Below the pieces are notes generated by a model, which worked only from the letters and a program-made list of their open reading frames with translations, had not been told where the DNA came from and searched no databases. Of a stretch of DNA of 64,000 bases, positions 28,978 through 38,049 are shown one piece after another. Position 1 is the first letter of the stretch. The number at the start of each line of letters is the position of its first letter. The position numbers and the translations under genes were made by a program. The stretch is from the NCBI GenBank assembly GCA_945881775.1, contig CAMCVE010000012.1, positions 8,073 to 72,072 of the forward strand, in the 5' to 3' direction. Source of the DNA: Bacteriovorax stolpii. Lineage in GTDB: Bacteria > Bdellovibrionota > UBA2428.

Positions 28978-29688
28978 TCAAAATACATCGATGATTCGCG
29001 TCGTTTTTTCGGCCGCAACGCTTGTTTCGCACACGAAGAGATCGGCGAACTTTTTCCATGTTCCGGTGAGAGTCCGGGAGCTTTTAGAGTCGAACACTTT
29101 GAACAGTCCTGAAGAGTTTAATTCTCGCAAATCAAGATCTCGGAAATCTCTGAAGACGTTGTCCAGAGGGTTGAGGGCTTTGTAGACAGCTTCTTTGGCG
29201 GCAAAGGCGCAGCTTAGAAACTCTTCTGGACTCATCCATTTGGGGGCTTGGAGCCGTTCGCTCTCGCTCAGAACGCGTCCTTCAATCTCCAGGCGCAAAA
29301 GTGGAGAGACGCATCTTTCGGCGTCAACGCCCACCGAACTCAAAAGATCTGTGGACGAAATTATTACAATGGCAAAGTCTCGCGTATGGCTGATGGATCC
29401 CACAAATCCCCGAGGCCAAATGGGCCGGCGGTCACGGGCGCGCCCGACGCTCAGGTCTGTGGAGCCCAGCAGATCCAGCGCCAGGGCGGCGCACGCCCGG
29501 CCAGCGCAAAATTCTTGACGCCGCGACGTTACAGCTTGGTTCCACTCCGGACCTAAACGGAGCAGCTCTTGTGGAAGATTCCACGACAAGACCTGTCGGT
29601 CCGGATTCGAAAAATACAGAGCATTTTCGATGTCACTGAAAGGTCCCTCAAGCGAAACACAGGCCGTTCGGTTCGGGAAAATACTCAT
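28978..29688 (-). CDS. 4'-phosphopantetheinyl transferase (EntD-like)
   Basis: RRQEFCAGR, PIWPRGFVGSISHT, GVDAE and FAAKEAVYKA. Confidence 0.92.
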   Translation of the reverse strand: MSIFPNRTACVSLEGPFSDIENALYFSNPDRQVLSWNLPQELLRLGPEWNQAVTSRRQEFCAGRACAALALDLLGSTDLSVGRARDRRPIWPRGFVGSISHTRDFAIVIISSTDLLSSVGVDAERCVSPLLRLEIEGRVLSESERLQAPKWMSPEEFLSCAFAAKEAVYKALNPLDNVFRDFRDLDLRELNSSGLFKVFDSKSSRTLTGTWKKFADLFVCETSVAAEKTTRIIDVF

Positions 29689-29696
29689 CGGAGTCT

Positions 29697-30767
29697 CTAG
29701 CGATGCATCGCAAGCTCGAGCAGAAACGCGAGCGTCAGTCGAGTAAAGCGTTTGCCGTGCTCGAATGAGATCCGGTCGATTGTGTCTTGGGGAGTATGGG
29801 CGTAGGGGTTGTCTTTGCCAATGGTTTCAGAATACGGGAAGCCAACAGGAAATCCGCGCTGGCGCCAGGCGGCATGGTCGCTGCAACCATAGCCACAGGC
29901 CGACATCACAAATGGAACATCAAGATACGTTGTGACGAGTTGACCCAGAAATGCGCTGATCTCGGGGTGAGTGAAATCCGAAACCAATGCGATCTTAGGT
30001 TCTGCTCCGGGATACATGGTGCCTTCGAGTTGCAGCACCGCTTTGACGTCGGTGCCTTCCAGACGATAGCTCTCGGAGACGTAGTGACTGCCGATCAGGC
30101 CCAATTCCTCTCCGGCATAGGCCATAAATTCGAGAGTTCTCAGGGGTCGGATGTCGTTCTCAACAAGAATTCGAAAAGCCTCGAGGATCACGGCCATACC
30201 TGAAGCGTTGTCATCGGCGCCGGGGCACGGATCATTCACGTTGGCCATGCCCGTCACTGAGTTGATGCAGTCAGCAGGAGTCCCTACGACGATGTGTTCT
30301 GACGCCAAAGCATCACGTCCCTTAAGGCGAACAATGAGACTCGGCTGCACTCTTGGCGCGTCGGCCGAGACGTGTTCTTGAAGAATGACTTCGATGTCAG
30401 GGCGGTCTTTTGCGATCGCCTTGAATTTTTCTGCATAGGCGATCAGCGAGGCCCGGCCCGTGCTGGAACGGTAGTAGCGGTTGTTGAACTTGACGAGGTC
30501 CTCAACACTTTGACGAAGCCTTTCAGTCGAGATGTCTTCAAGTAGAGGCGCGAGGGTGAGCTGCTGAGAGAGCTTGCGTCCTGCAAAGAACCAGGGAAAT
30601 TTTGGAAAATTGTCTTGCTCGGGATAGCGTGCTTCGAAACTCACTTTGGGGTCTGGGGCACGAAAATAAGGTTCGAGAACCGCCGCCGTGATCATCTGAG
30701 GGCTGAGCAAACATACTGTAGCTCGCAAGAAGTTTTTGAAGATCCAAGAGCGTCGGCGCGAGTTCAT
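29697..30767 (-). CDS. M28-family (leucyl aminopeptidase-like) metallopeptidase with atypical metal ligands
   Basis: PGADDNASG, AGEELGLIGS, CGYGCSDHAAW and HTPQD. The usual GxHxD motif reads GTPAD. Confidence 0.8.
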   Translation of the reverse strand: MNSRRRSWIFKNFLRATVCLLSPQMITAAVLEPYFRAPDPKVSFEARYPEQDNFPKFPWFFAGRKLSQQLTLAPLLEDISTERLRQSVEDLVKFNNRYYRSSTGRASLIAYAEKFKAIAKDRPDIEVILQEHVSADAPRVQPSLIVRLKGRDALASEHIVVGTPADCINSVTGMANVNDPCPGADDNASGMAVILEAFRILVENDIRPLRTLEFMAYAGEELGLIGSHYVSESYRLEGTDVKAVLQLEGTMYPGAEPKIALVSDFTHPEISAFLGQLVTTYLDVPFVMSACGYGCSDHAAWRQRGFPVGFPYSETIGKDNPYAHTPQDTIDRISFEHGKRFTRLTLAFLLELAMHR

Positions 30768-30835
30768 AGTGAAAGTATATCCAATTGGGCAAGAAGGCGT
30801 CCAGAAGATTGACGATGTCTAGAAATCTTTGCGGA

Positions 30836-31660
30836 CTAAGTCGAATTTGTCTCTAAATCGAAACAGAATCCAGAATAGTTTTCGATGTCCAGACCCACCT
30901 CGAAGGGAATCGTCATCTTTTTCCCGACGTTGAGCCAGCTGTCGCGCAGGGAGTATCCCAGAGACTCGATCTCTTTTACAAAAACAGAACGATCATGAAC
31001 TCGGTAGACGCAAATCGCTGTTCCAATGTTGTTGAGCGTAAAAAAACTTTTTGAATCGTGCAAAGCTGCCGTGTTGATGACGATTCGACGGGGAAGATTT
31101 TGTCGTACTTCGAGAATCTCACGGAGAGTTTGTGGGAGATATTGGAGGGCTCCCGAGACATAGAGAATATCGACTCCGCTCACGGGAATACTTGCAGAGA
31201 ATTTAAGAGCAGAAGGCGCTTTGCGTGTCACTGCGAAGAGGCGACCTTCTTCGACTACGGCGGGCACATCAACAACCGTCCACAAAGAGTCTGTGGGGAA
31301 TGTGCTTAACTTCGAGAACGCATAGAATTTTATGCCTACGCTTCCGCCGACATCGACCACGTGACGAAGGCCTTGATCAAAGGCATCTTTGATCCAAAAT
31401 AGTGCAGGGTAGTCGTAGTCATCGATCTGAAGTTTCCCTTCGTAGAGTTTTGCGGAGTCGGAGTTGTCGTAGCCAAGCCGTCGTGCTTTCGGGACGGCGT
31501 TCTGCGCGGCCGACTGACTGAGAAAGTGACCATGGAACAGGTGTGTGTTTTTCGCCACCGCAAATCTGCGCCCGTAGGCCCAGCGTCCGAGATGACGAAG
31601 GCCTGGCAGCACGCGCAAAGAATCTACTGCTTGGTGAAGTCGTCCAAAGGGTCCCGCCAT
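30836..31660 (-). CDS. Putative SAM-dependent methyltransferase (TIGR04325-like)
   Basis: DYPALFWI...VVDVGGSVG, WTVVDVPAVVEEG and SGALQYL. Confidence 0.75.
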   Translation of the reverse strand: MAGPFGRLHQAVDSLRVLPGLRHLGRWAYGRRFAVAKNTHLFHGHFLSQSAAQNAVPKARRLGYDNSDSAKLYEGKLQIDDYDYPALFWIKDAFDQGLRHVVDVGGSVGIKFYAFSKLSTFPTDSLWTVVDVPAVVEEGRLFAVTRKAPSALKFSASIPVSGVDILYVSGALQYLPQTLREILEVRQNLPRRIVINTAALHDSKSFFTLNNIGTAICVYRVHDRSVFVKEIESLGYSLRDSWLNVGKKMTIPFEVGLDIENYSGFCFDLETNST

Positions 31661-31800
31661 GGCCTCTCTAGTGTATCTCGGGCCTCATCTTTGGAGAAGC
31701 CACGCACAATCGTCGCATAATTATATGGTTTTATTGTGTTTTTATGGTGAGCTCTCTTTGTTGTTGTGAGGCATGGGGCTTTCGCGTACAAGATGCTGCA

Positions 31801-33186
31801 ATGCGTAAAATCTTTGTCCCCCTCCCCACAATCGGTTCATTCGTACTTCTCGCGGCGTTCTCAATGGGATCTGTTGCCCAGGCCGAGTCCACTCCCGAGA
31901 CGATCTGCGCGGTCCCTGTTTGTGATATTGCGGCTTATCTCACAGCTCTTCGTGAAGCGCCCAATGCGCAGCGCGAACAAAAGATTTTGAAGGACTTCCC
32001 GACCTTCCTTCAAGACAATCGCAAAACCACAGATCTCGCAGTCTGGCAGAACCTGGCTGAGCTCGGCGAGAAAGTGCAGGAGCTTTCAATCCAGCTCGGA
32101 GATCCCGACTACATTTTGCGTGAAGCGGCCAACATGATCGACGTTTCGATGCTCGGTCTCTTCCGCTTTGGACCCACGACATCTGAGAATCTTTTTGAGG
32201 CGTTTTCGAAAATTTCTTCGAGTGGTCGTCGTTACGAAGCTCTTAGTTTTTGGGATAAGCTCGAGCGCGAGCAGTCTCTAGAAGTTGTCGAAGTGGTTGT
32301 TGATTTCGCCATCAAGGCTGAAGCTCTTGCCCGCAAGATCGACGATCCCGAATGGATTATCGCCAAAGCTCGCCAACTCGCGACGACCGGTTCCACGCGC
32401 ATTGCTGCACTCGACCCGATCGTCGAAGGTCAGTACAAAATTCGCCTCCTGAAAGATCCCAACTTCGCGGAACTCTGCGGTGACATGGACAGCGTTGATA
32501 CGTTGATCGTTGCGAACTGGATGACCTCGGAAGGTCTTGTGGCCACATTGATGAGCCGCCGTCTTGGAATGCACAAAGCTTACTTCAAAAACTTGCTGGT
32601 TTCCGAAGGAGCAACGCGCATCCGCGGTCAGGCCCTGAGCCAAGGAACTTCGTCGCGCATCACTCTCAAGCTCGACAAGGACACGGGAGATATCCGTGGA
32701 TCTTTCTCCAGCACTCGCACGGGATGCACCTACCGCCTCGAAGGAACTCGCAAGCATTCTCCCGGCCTTTACCTCCGCGACGGCGCTCTCGAACTTCCAG
32801 AGAAACCCACTTTGAAATCAGTGACCGGTATCTACCAAGCTGTGCTCGTGCCCGACTCAGTCGAAGGCTCCAAGCCTAAAATGCTTGAAGGTCGATTCAT
32901 CATCCGCTCGCACGAACAGCCCAACGGTTCTGTGCTTGCAGCTTCGTTTGTTCGCAAGGATTTCACTCAGGATTTCCAATACGGATACCTGGTTAGCCCT
33001 CGCGGCTTTATGGTTTTCAATTCAGGATCTGGCGAACAGACTTTGGTTCGTTGGGACATGGCCTTCCGCCCCGATGACCAAGGCGTTTGGGCTTGGCGCG
33101 GACAGATGTTCAGTCTCTTCAATGGCGTGACCGGTCAGGTTGTGCTGAAGAAGGTTTCCGAGCTCGGCTCCGACGACGAAGAATAG
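31801..33186 (+). CDS. Secreted hypothetical protein
   Basis: Signal peptide after the ATG at 31801; helical N-half and beta-rich C-half; no motif recognised. Confidence 0.7.
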   Translation: MRKIFVPLPTIGSFVLLAAFSMGSVAQAESTPETICAVPVCDIAAYLTALREAPNAQREQKILKDFPTFLQDNRKTTDLAVWQNLAELGEKVQELSIQLGDPDYILREAANMIDVSMLGLFRFGPTTSENLFEAFSKISSSGRRYEALSFWDKLEREQSLEVVEVVVDFAIKAEALARKIDDPEWIIAKARQLATTGSTRIAALDPIVEGQYKIRLLKDPNFAELCGDMDSVDTLIVANWMTSEGLVATLMSRRLGMHKAYFKNLLVSEGATRIRGQALSQGTSSRITLKLDKDTGDIRGSFSSTRTGCTYRLEGTRKHSPGLYLRDGALELPEKPTLKSVTGIYQAVLVPDSVEGSKPKMLEGRFIIRSHEQPNGSVLAASFVRKDFTQDFQYGYLVSPRGFMVFNSGSGEQTLVRWDMAFRPDDQGVWAWRGQMFSLFNGVTGQVVLKKVSELGSDDEE

Positions 33187-33188
33187 GC

Positions 33189-33890
33189 TTACTGCAGCGT
33201 TTTCACGACGCGAGCAGGGTTTCCAGCAATTAAAGAATTCGGGGGGTAGTCTCCCGCTAGAACGACGGATCCGGTGGCGACAATGCAGCCGGATCCGATT
33301 TTGACGTTTTTAAGGATCGAAGACTGCGCACCAATCCATACATCGTTTCCGATTTCAATAGTTCCGGGTGTGGGTTTCCAGGCGAAGAGCGCGGCATTCT
33401 GGGGCGCGCCGAAATCCCAATTTGGGCGAAACCCGTGACACATGATCTCGCACTGTAGCCCGCGCTGAGTGGGGTCAGTGGGGTGAGTGTCGGTGTCCTG
33501 GATAAAGACTCCCCAGGCGCTGAGGAAACGATCGCCGATCACCACACGCCCCCTCGAATTGATGCGAATGTCTCCAAGAATGGAGTTCGCTCCGATCTCA
33601 ATGGAGCCGTTGCCAAAAGCTTCGAGTCGGGCATTTTCGTAGAGGATGCTATTGGCGCCGACCGAGATTTGAGCGTGAGGAGCTTCGGCCATGAGCACAC
33701 GTCGTTTCTGCACGCGCACGTTGGTCGACAATTTGACGCCCGCGACGGGCCAGATTTTCAAAAGATGATGTTGCACAAGAAAGCCCAGGACCGTGCGGCC
33801 CTGCGACCAAGCCTGAGAAGGACGGTGGCGCAGGATCCAAAGAGCTTTGCGAAAAAGGCCGTCGCTCGGACCCGGTTTTGCGTCATCCAT
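33189..33890 (-). CDS. Hexapeptide-repeat (LbH) O-acyltransferase
   Basis: IGNDVWIGAQSSILKNVKIGSGCIVATGSVV...IAGNPARVV. Confidence 0.9.
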   Translation of the reverse strand: MDDAKPGPSDGLFRKALWILRHRPSQAWSQGRTVLGFLVQHHLLKIWPVAGVKLSTNVRVQKRRVLMAEAPHAQISVGANSILYENARLEAFGNGSIEIGANSILGDIRINSRGRVVIGDRFLSAWGVFIQDTDTHPTDPTQRGLQCEIMCHGFRPNWDFGAPQNAALFAWKPTPGTIEIGNDVWIGAQSSILKNVKIGSGCIVATGSVVLAGDYPPNSLIAGNPARVVKTLQ

Positions 33891-33917
33891 ATGTTACAGT
33901 GATCATGGAGTCACGGC

Positions 33918-35078
33918 ATGAAGTCTGTCAATCCTCCTAAGATTCTCATTCTCACCCAAGGACTCGGTGTGGGCGGACTCGAAAAAACACTCATCCGAAT
34001 TGCGACGGGTCTCAAACGTCGTGCGAGTTTCGAGCCGCAGATCTATGCTTACGACCATGATCCTAAGAAAAATGTGTGGTCAGCGGATCTACAGCACGCC
34101 CAGATCCCATGTCTTGCCTCTTTAAAAGGTCCCGGACTTTCACGAAGCGTGCTTCAAAAAATTCGTGAACTTGTTCGAAGTGAAAATATTCAGATTGTTC
34201 ACACTCACGATCTCAATGCTCTTGTCTACGGAGCGCTTGCGAAGCTTAAGGGCGGCGGATTTAAGCTCGTTCACACGCAGCACACGTTTTTGCACTTGGA
34301 CAAGCTCAAGCACCGCATCTTTGAGAGAATTTTTCCTCGATTAGCAGATGCTCTTGTTTGTCCTTCTCAGTCTCTAAAAAACATTTATGCACGACACGGT
34401 TTCCCGGGTGCGCGCATTATTGCCAATGGAATTGATGTTCCGGATCTGGCCTATAAAAGGGAGGATCGGGGAGCTTGGCTCGAACTGGGTCCCTTGGGGG
34501 GCGAGGATGCCAGCAGCTTCGCAAAACTTAAAGCGCTCGGAGCCCAGCGTTGGGTGTTGGTTCTCGGCCGGGTGAATGTGGGCAAGGGGCAAGAGAATTT
34601 CCTGAGTCTTTGGGCTTCGATGGATCCCGCTTTCCGGTCTCGCACACAAGTGCTCTTTGTGGGACCGCCCAATGATCCCGAGTACCTAAAAGTTCTCAAG
34701 GAACGCGCTCGATCCCTTCCCGATGGGGAGCGCTTGCACTGGCTCGGTGGCTCAACGCGCCCTTCGCAGTGGATGGGTGTCAGTGATGTTTTTGTTTCGT
34801 TGTCTGACTTCGAGGGCATGCCGCTCGCTCCGGTGGAGGCGAGTCTCGCGGGCTTGCCGCTTGTGCTCTCAGACATCGGAGGGCACCGGGATCTCGGACT
34901 GCCAGCAACGAGATTTGTGGCGGCGACTGAGGCTCGGGAGGTGCAAGAGGCAATCGAGGGAGCCCAGGCTCCCACAGAGAGTGAATTGAGTGAGACCGAG
35001 CGACGCTACAAGCTCGAATCGATGGTCCAGAGCTACGAAAAAGTTTACCGGGACGTACTTGGTTTGGGTGTTTCTTGA
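33918..35078 (+). CDS. Glycosyltransferase family 4
   Basis: GGLEK, VHTH, IANGID and EGMPLAPVEA (Ex7E). Confidence 0.9.
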   Translation: MKSVNPPKILILTQGLGVGGLEKTLIRIATGLKRRASFEPQIYAYDHDPKKNVWSADLQHAQIPCLASLKGPGLSRSVLQKIRELVRSENIQIVHTHDLNALVYGALAKLKGGGFKLVHTQHTFLHLDKLKHRIFERIFPRLADALVCPSQSLKNIYARHGFPGARIIANGIDVPDLAYKREDRGAWLELGPLGGEDASSFAKLKALGAQRWVLVLGRVNVGKGQENFLSLWASMDPAFRSRTQVLFVGPPNDPEYLKVLKERARSLPDGERLHWLGGSTRPSQWMGVSDVFVSLSDFEGMPLAPVEASLAGLPLVLSDIGGHRDLGLPATRFVAATEAREVQEAIEGAQAPTESELSETERRYKLESMVQSYEKVYRDVLGLGVS

Positions 35079-36217
35079 AGATCATTCAACTTTTTAACTC
35101 GAGCCTTGTGAGTGGGCCCGAGAACCTTATCCTGCGAAATCTCAGCGCAAGCTCGTGGGACTGGGAACTTTGGAATCTCGAAGAAACGCGTCGTGGGGAG
35201 GCTGACTCAAACCCATTGGCTCTCGAGTGCCGTCGTCTTGGAATCAGGTATCGAGGTTTTTCCGTATCTTCGCGCTTTGATCGCCAGGCGATCGCAAAAC
35301 TTCGTGCCGCGCTCGACGAGGCTTCGCCCTCATTGGTGCACGCTCATGATGTCAAGGCTTCGAGCTATCTCAACTGGTCGGGCTACCTCGGCGCGCCACG
35401 AGTCTCGACTCATCATGGGATCCGAGGTCGCCCGGACTTTAAGACGCGTCTTCTCGAAAAATATTACCGCTTGTGGGTTCTGCGGAACTTTGACTGCGTA
35501 TTGAGCGTGTCTCGCGAAGACCAAGGTGTTCTGAGTCGGGGCCTCGGGAGCAAAGCCCGTCTGCTGAGAAATGGAATCCCTTTTCCCTCTGCTGAAGAGC
35601 TGCGGCGGTTTCAAGAACAACGAGAGCCGCTTCGAAGCGCCTGGGCCGCACGCGCGAAATGGGGGAGCCGTTCTCTATCGAAGTTCTGGGTTGGTTTTGT
35701 GGGCCGACTGTCGGCCGAGAAAAATCCCTTCTTTGCGCTCGATATCGCCACACAGTCCGACATAAATTTGGTCTTCATCGGAGACGGCATTCTACGCGCC
35801 AGCCTCGAAGAAGAAATTCGTGTTCGAGGCCTGGGATCGCGGGTTGCGTGTCTGGGATACGAGCCGGGCATGAATGAGAAGCTCTCAGCGCTCGATGTCG
35901 TTCTATCTGTGTCCGATGCCGAGGGTCTGCCGCTGAATCTTCTAGAGGCTGCCGGACAGTCGACGCCATTTTTGGCGAAGGCGGTGGGAGGCATCCCAGA
36001 AATATCCGACACGCCAGCATTGTCGGAAACCCTGCTCGACGCCAACGATCTTCCTCTTGTTTTTGCGGCGCGCCTCTCACAGTGGAATAAATATTCCGTG
36101 CGTCGGCAACAACTCGGTGCAAAGCTACGTGAGCGTGTTGTGGCTGAATTCTCAGACGTCGCTTGGCGCGCGCAACTCGAGGCCATCTACAAGGAGCTGG
36201 GTGTCAGCGTTTGTTAA
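35075..36217 (+). CDS. Glycosyltransferase family 4
   Basis: SGPE, VHAHD, FVGRLSAEK and EGLPLNLLEA; start overlaps the previous stop. Confidence 0.9.
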   Translation: MKIIQLFNSSLVSGPENLILRNLSASSWDWELWNLEETRRGEADSNPLALECRRLGIRYRGFSVSSRFDRQAIAKLRAALDEASPSLVHAHDVKASSYLNWSGYLGAPRVSTHHGIRGRPDFKTRLLEKYYRLWVLRNFDCVLSVSREDQGVLSRGLGSKARLLRNGIPFPSAEELRRFQEQREPLRSAWAARAKWGSRSLSKFWVGFVGRLSAEKNPFFALDIATQSDINLVFIGDGILRASLEEEIRVRGLGSRVACLGYEPGMNEKLSALDVVLSVSDAEGLPLNLLEAAGQSTPFLAKAVGGIPEISDTPALSETLLDANDLPLVFAARLSQWNKYSVRRQQLGAKLRERVVAEFSDVAWRAQLEAIYKELGVSVC

Positions 36218-37412
36218 AAAACGACAGGAAATACTTTCTGAGAGTCCTGAAGAAAACTCTTCGATCTCCTGGGTAAAAAAGATCGTCTCCAAATCCAGGC
36301 CTGAGAAACAGCAAGAAAAATTCCACAAGCTTCGAAATTTTTTTTGAGAAGTGCACGTTCTTGTCCTTGAGATAGCTCCACGTGTGCTGGATCTCTGCGG
36401 GAACTGTGAGGCGCGCTATGACGCCGAGAGGATACTCAGCTTGAGGCGTCACCTGAGCTCCGCGGGCAAGGTCGGCGAGCTTCAGAGGAAAGTCGACTCC
36501 GGCGTAGAGGGCTAAATGCAAGGATCCCCAGAATCTTGCGTTGAGCTCGAGCAAGCGAAAGACACCGCTCTGAGGATCTTGGCGGTACTCGAACATCGCA
36601 GGACCTTCCCAGTTGAGGAACTCTGCGCGGTGGAGTGCGTCCGCAAAAAGAGTTTCATCGAGACAGGTTTCTCGCAAGGACGAGTGCCCGCCGGTGTGGG
36701 GAACTTCGTGAAGGCGCTGGTGCATGAGCCGAGCGACGAGCTTCTTGTCCCAGCGGAGCATAAATGCACCCGCCCCGCGTCCTTCGGAGTATTCCTGAAT
36801 GAGCACACGCCGGTAGTCAGGACTGAGTCGCTTCAGGGTTTCATCGAGCTCGGTGAACGATTCCACACGAATCACTTGTGCTGCTGCGCCGGCTCGTGCT
36901 TCAAGAACATCGCATTTAATAAAGTAAGGAGACTTCCACCCGCCAACGGCGTCGCGCGTGAGTTGATGGGAGTCGAGTGAGGCCACATGAAATGCCGGCA
37001 AGTTGGCTCGCAAACGATCGTCGGTCGCTTTTGAAAACGCATCAAAAAGTCGGATCTTACTGAGCGATAGCTTGAGTGTTTCAAGAGAAACGCGAGCGTG
37101 TAGAAGCGGCATCAGGTGTTCGAGTTTGCTTCCCAGCGCTAGGAGAAAACGCTCTGTCGGCAGGACAAGACGGATTTTGTGCGATTCACAGAAGTTAAGA
37201 CACCATTCCGGAAACTCAGCACTTGAGTAAGGCGGACAAAGACTGCTCGAAAATTTGCAGGCTGAATCAAAGCACAACATGTCTAGAGATTCACCAATCA
37301 CATGAACGGGGTACCCGGCACGACTGAGTGAGCGCAGGCACGCCAAACCGGCCACGGTTTGGGCATCGGTGATGAGAATTGGAAACTCAGAGCGATCGAC
37401 TGTTATAGGCAC
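36204..37412 (-). CDS. ATP-grasp fold ligase
   Basis: LIQEY..G.G.G, HQRLHEVPHTGG.SS and LLELNARFWGSL. Likely GTG start at 37412 with a GAGGA RBS; the ORF track starts at 37424. Confidence 0.85.
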   Translation of the reverse strand: MPITVDRSEFPILITDAQTVAGLACLRSLSRAGYPVHVIGESLDMLCFDSACKFSSSLCPPYSSAEFPEWCLNFCESHKIRLVLPTERFLLALGSKLEHLMPLLHARVSLETLKLSLSKIRLFDAFSKATDDRLRANLPAFHVASLDSHQLTRDAVGGWKSPYFIKCDVLEARAGAAAQVIRVESFTELDETLKRLSPDYRRVLIQEYSEGRGAGAFMLRWDKKLVARLMHQRLHEVPHTGGHSSLRETCLDETLFADALHRAEFLNWEGPAMFEYRQDPQSGVFRLLELNARFWGSLHLALYAGVDFPLKLADLARGAQVTPQAEYPLGVIARLTVPAEIQHTWSYLKDKNVHFSKKISKLVEFFLLFLRPGFGDDLFYPGDRRVFFRTLRKYFLSFFNKR

Positions 37413-38001
37413 GGCGTTCCTCAAAAAGGCGCTTTAAACTCGCGTCGATCACAGCGTAGCAGGAGTCGAAGTAGCTCGCACCGAGCGAATAGGGATCTTG
37501 GATGTGGGGGCGACGTGGCCTCATCCAAAGGCCGAGCAAAATGACTTGGGGCACTGAGTCCGGACTGCGACGCTTGAGTCGAGCTTCGACTTCTCGCGCG
37601 TGCGGAATCTCAAAGACAACGGCCAGGTCACCCGGAGCCCAATCAAAGTCGTCAAAATGCGTGGCTCGGTGTGAATCGAGGGGATGCCCGTGCGCTCGCG
37701 CCGCCTGGAGTGCAGCCTCAGGTGAGGTGGAGCCTCCCGTGGCCGCGAGCCCGCAGGACGCACTGGAAATATTTTGGGCTCGACACAGCATTTCTCCGTA
37801 GGGACTGCGACAAATGTTGCCGAGACAGACAAAGACAATACGTTCCGCGCGAGTCCAGTCGACCCGCGCGTAGAGCTTTAGGAATCCCAGTCGCCAAAGT
37901 ATCCAAGCTCCTGCCGATCTGAGGGCGGCCTTCTTACCGCCGAACGAGGTTTCGATCCGCTCGGAGAACGGGAGAGTCTGAAGGACACGGCGTACGAACA
38001 T
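37387..38001 (-). CDS. Low-molecular-weight protein tyrosine phosphatase (Wzb-like)
   Basis: FVCLGNICRSP P-loop and IQDPY motif. Confidence 0.88.
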   Translation of the reverse strand: MFVRRVLQTLPFSERIETSFGGKKAALRSAGAWILWRLGFLKLYARVDWTRAERIVFVCLGNICRSPYGEMLCRAQNISSASCGLAATGGSTSPEAALQAARAHGHPLDSHRATHFDDFDWAPGDLAVVFEIPHAREVEARLKRRSPDSVPQVILLGLWMRPRRPHIQDPYSLGASYFDSCYAVIDASLKRLFEERRAYNSRSL

Positions 38002-38049
38002 ATTTTGACATCATAGTTCGCTACCAGGACATTTGCTATTCTTTGAGGG

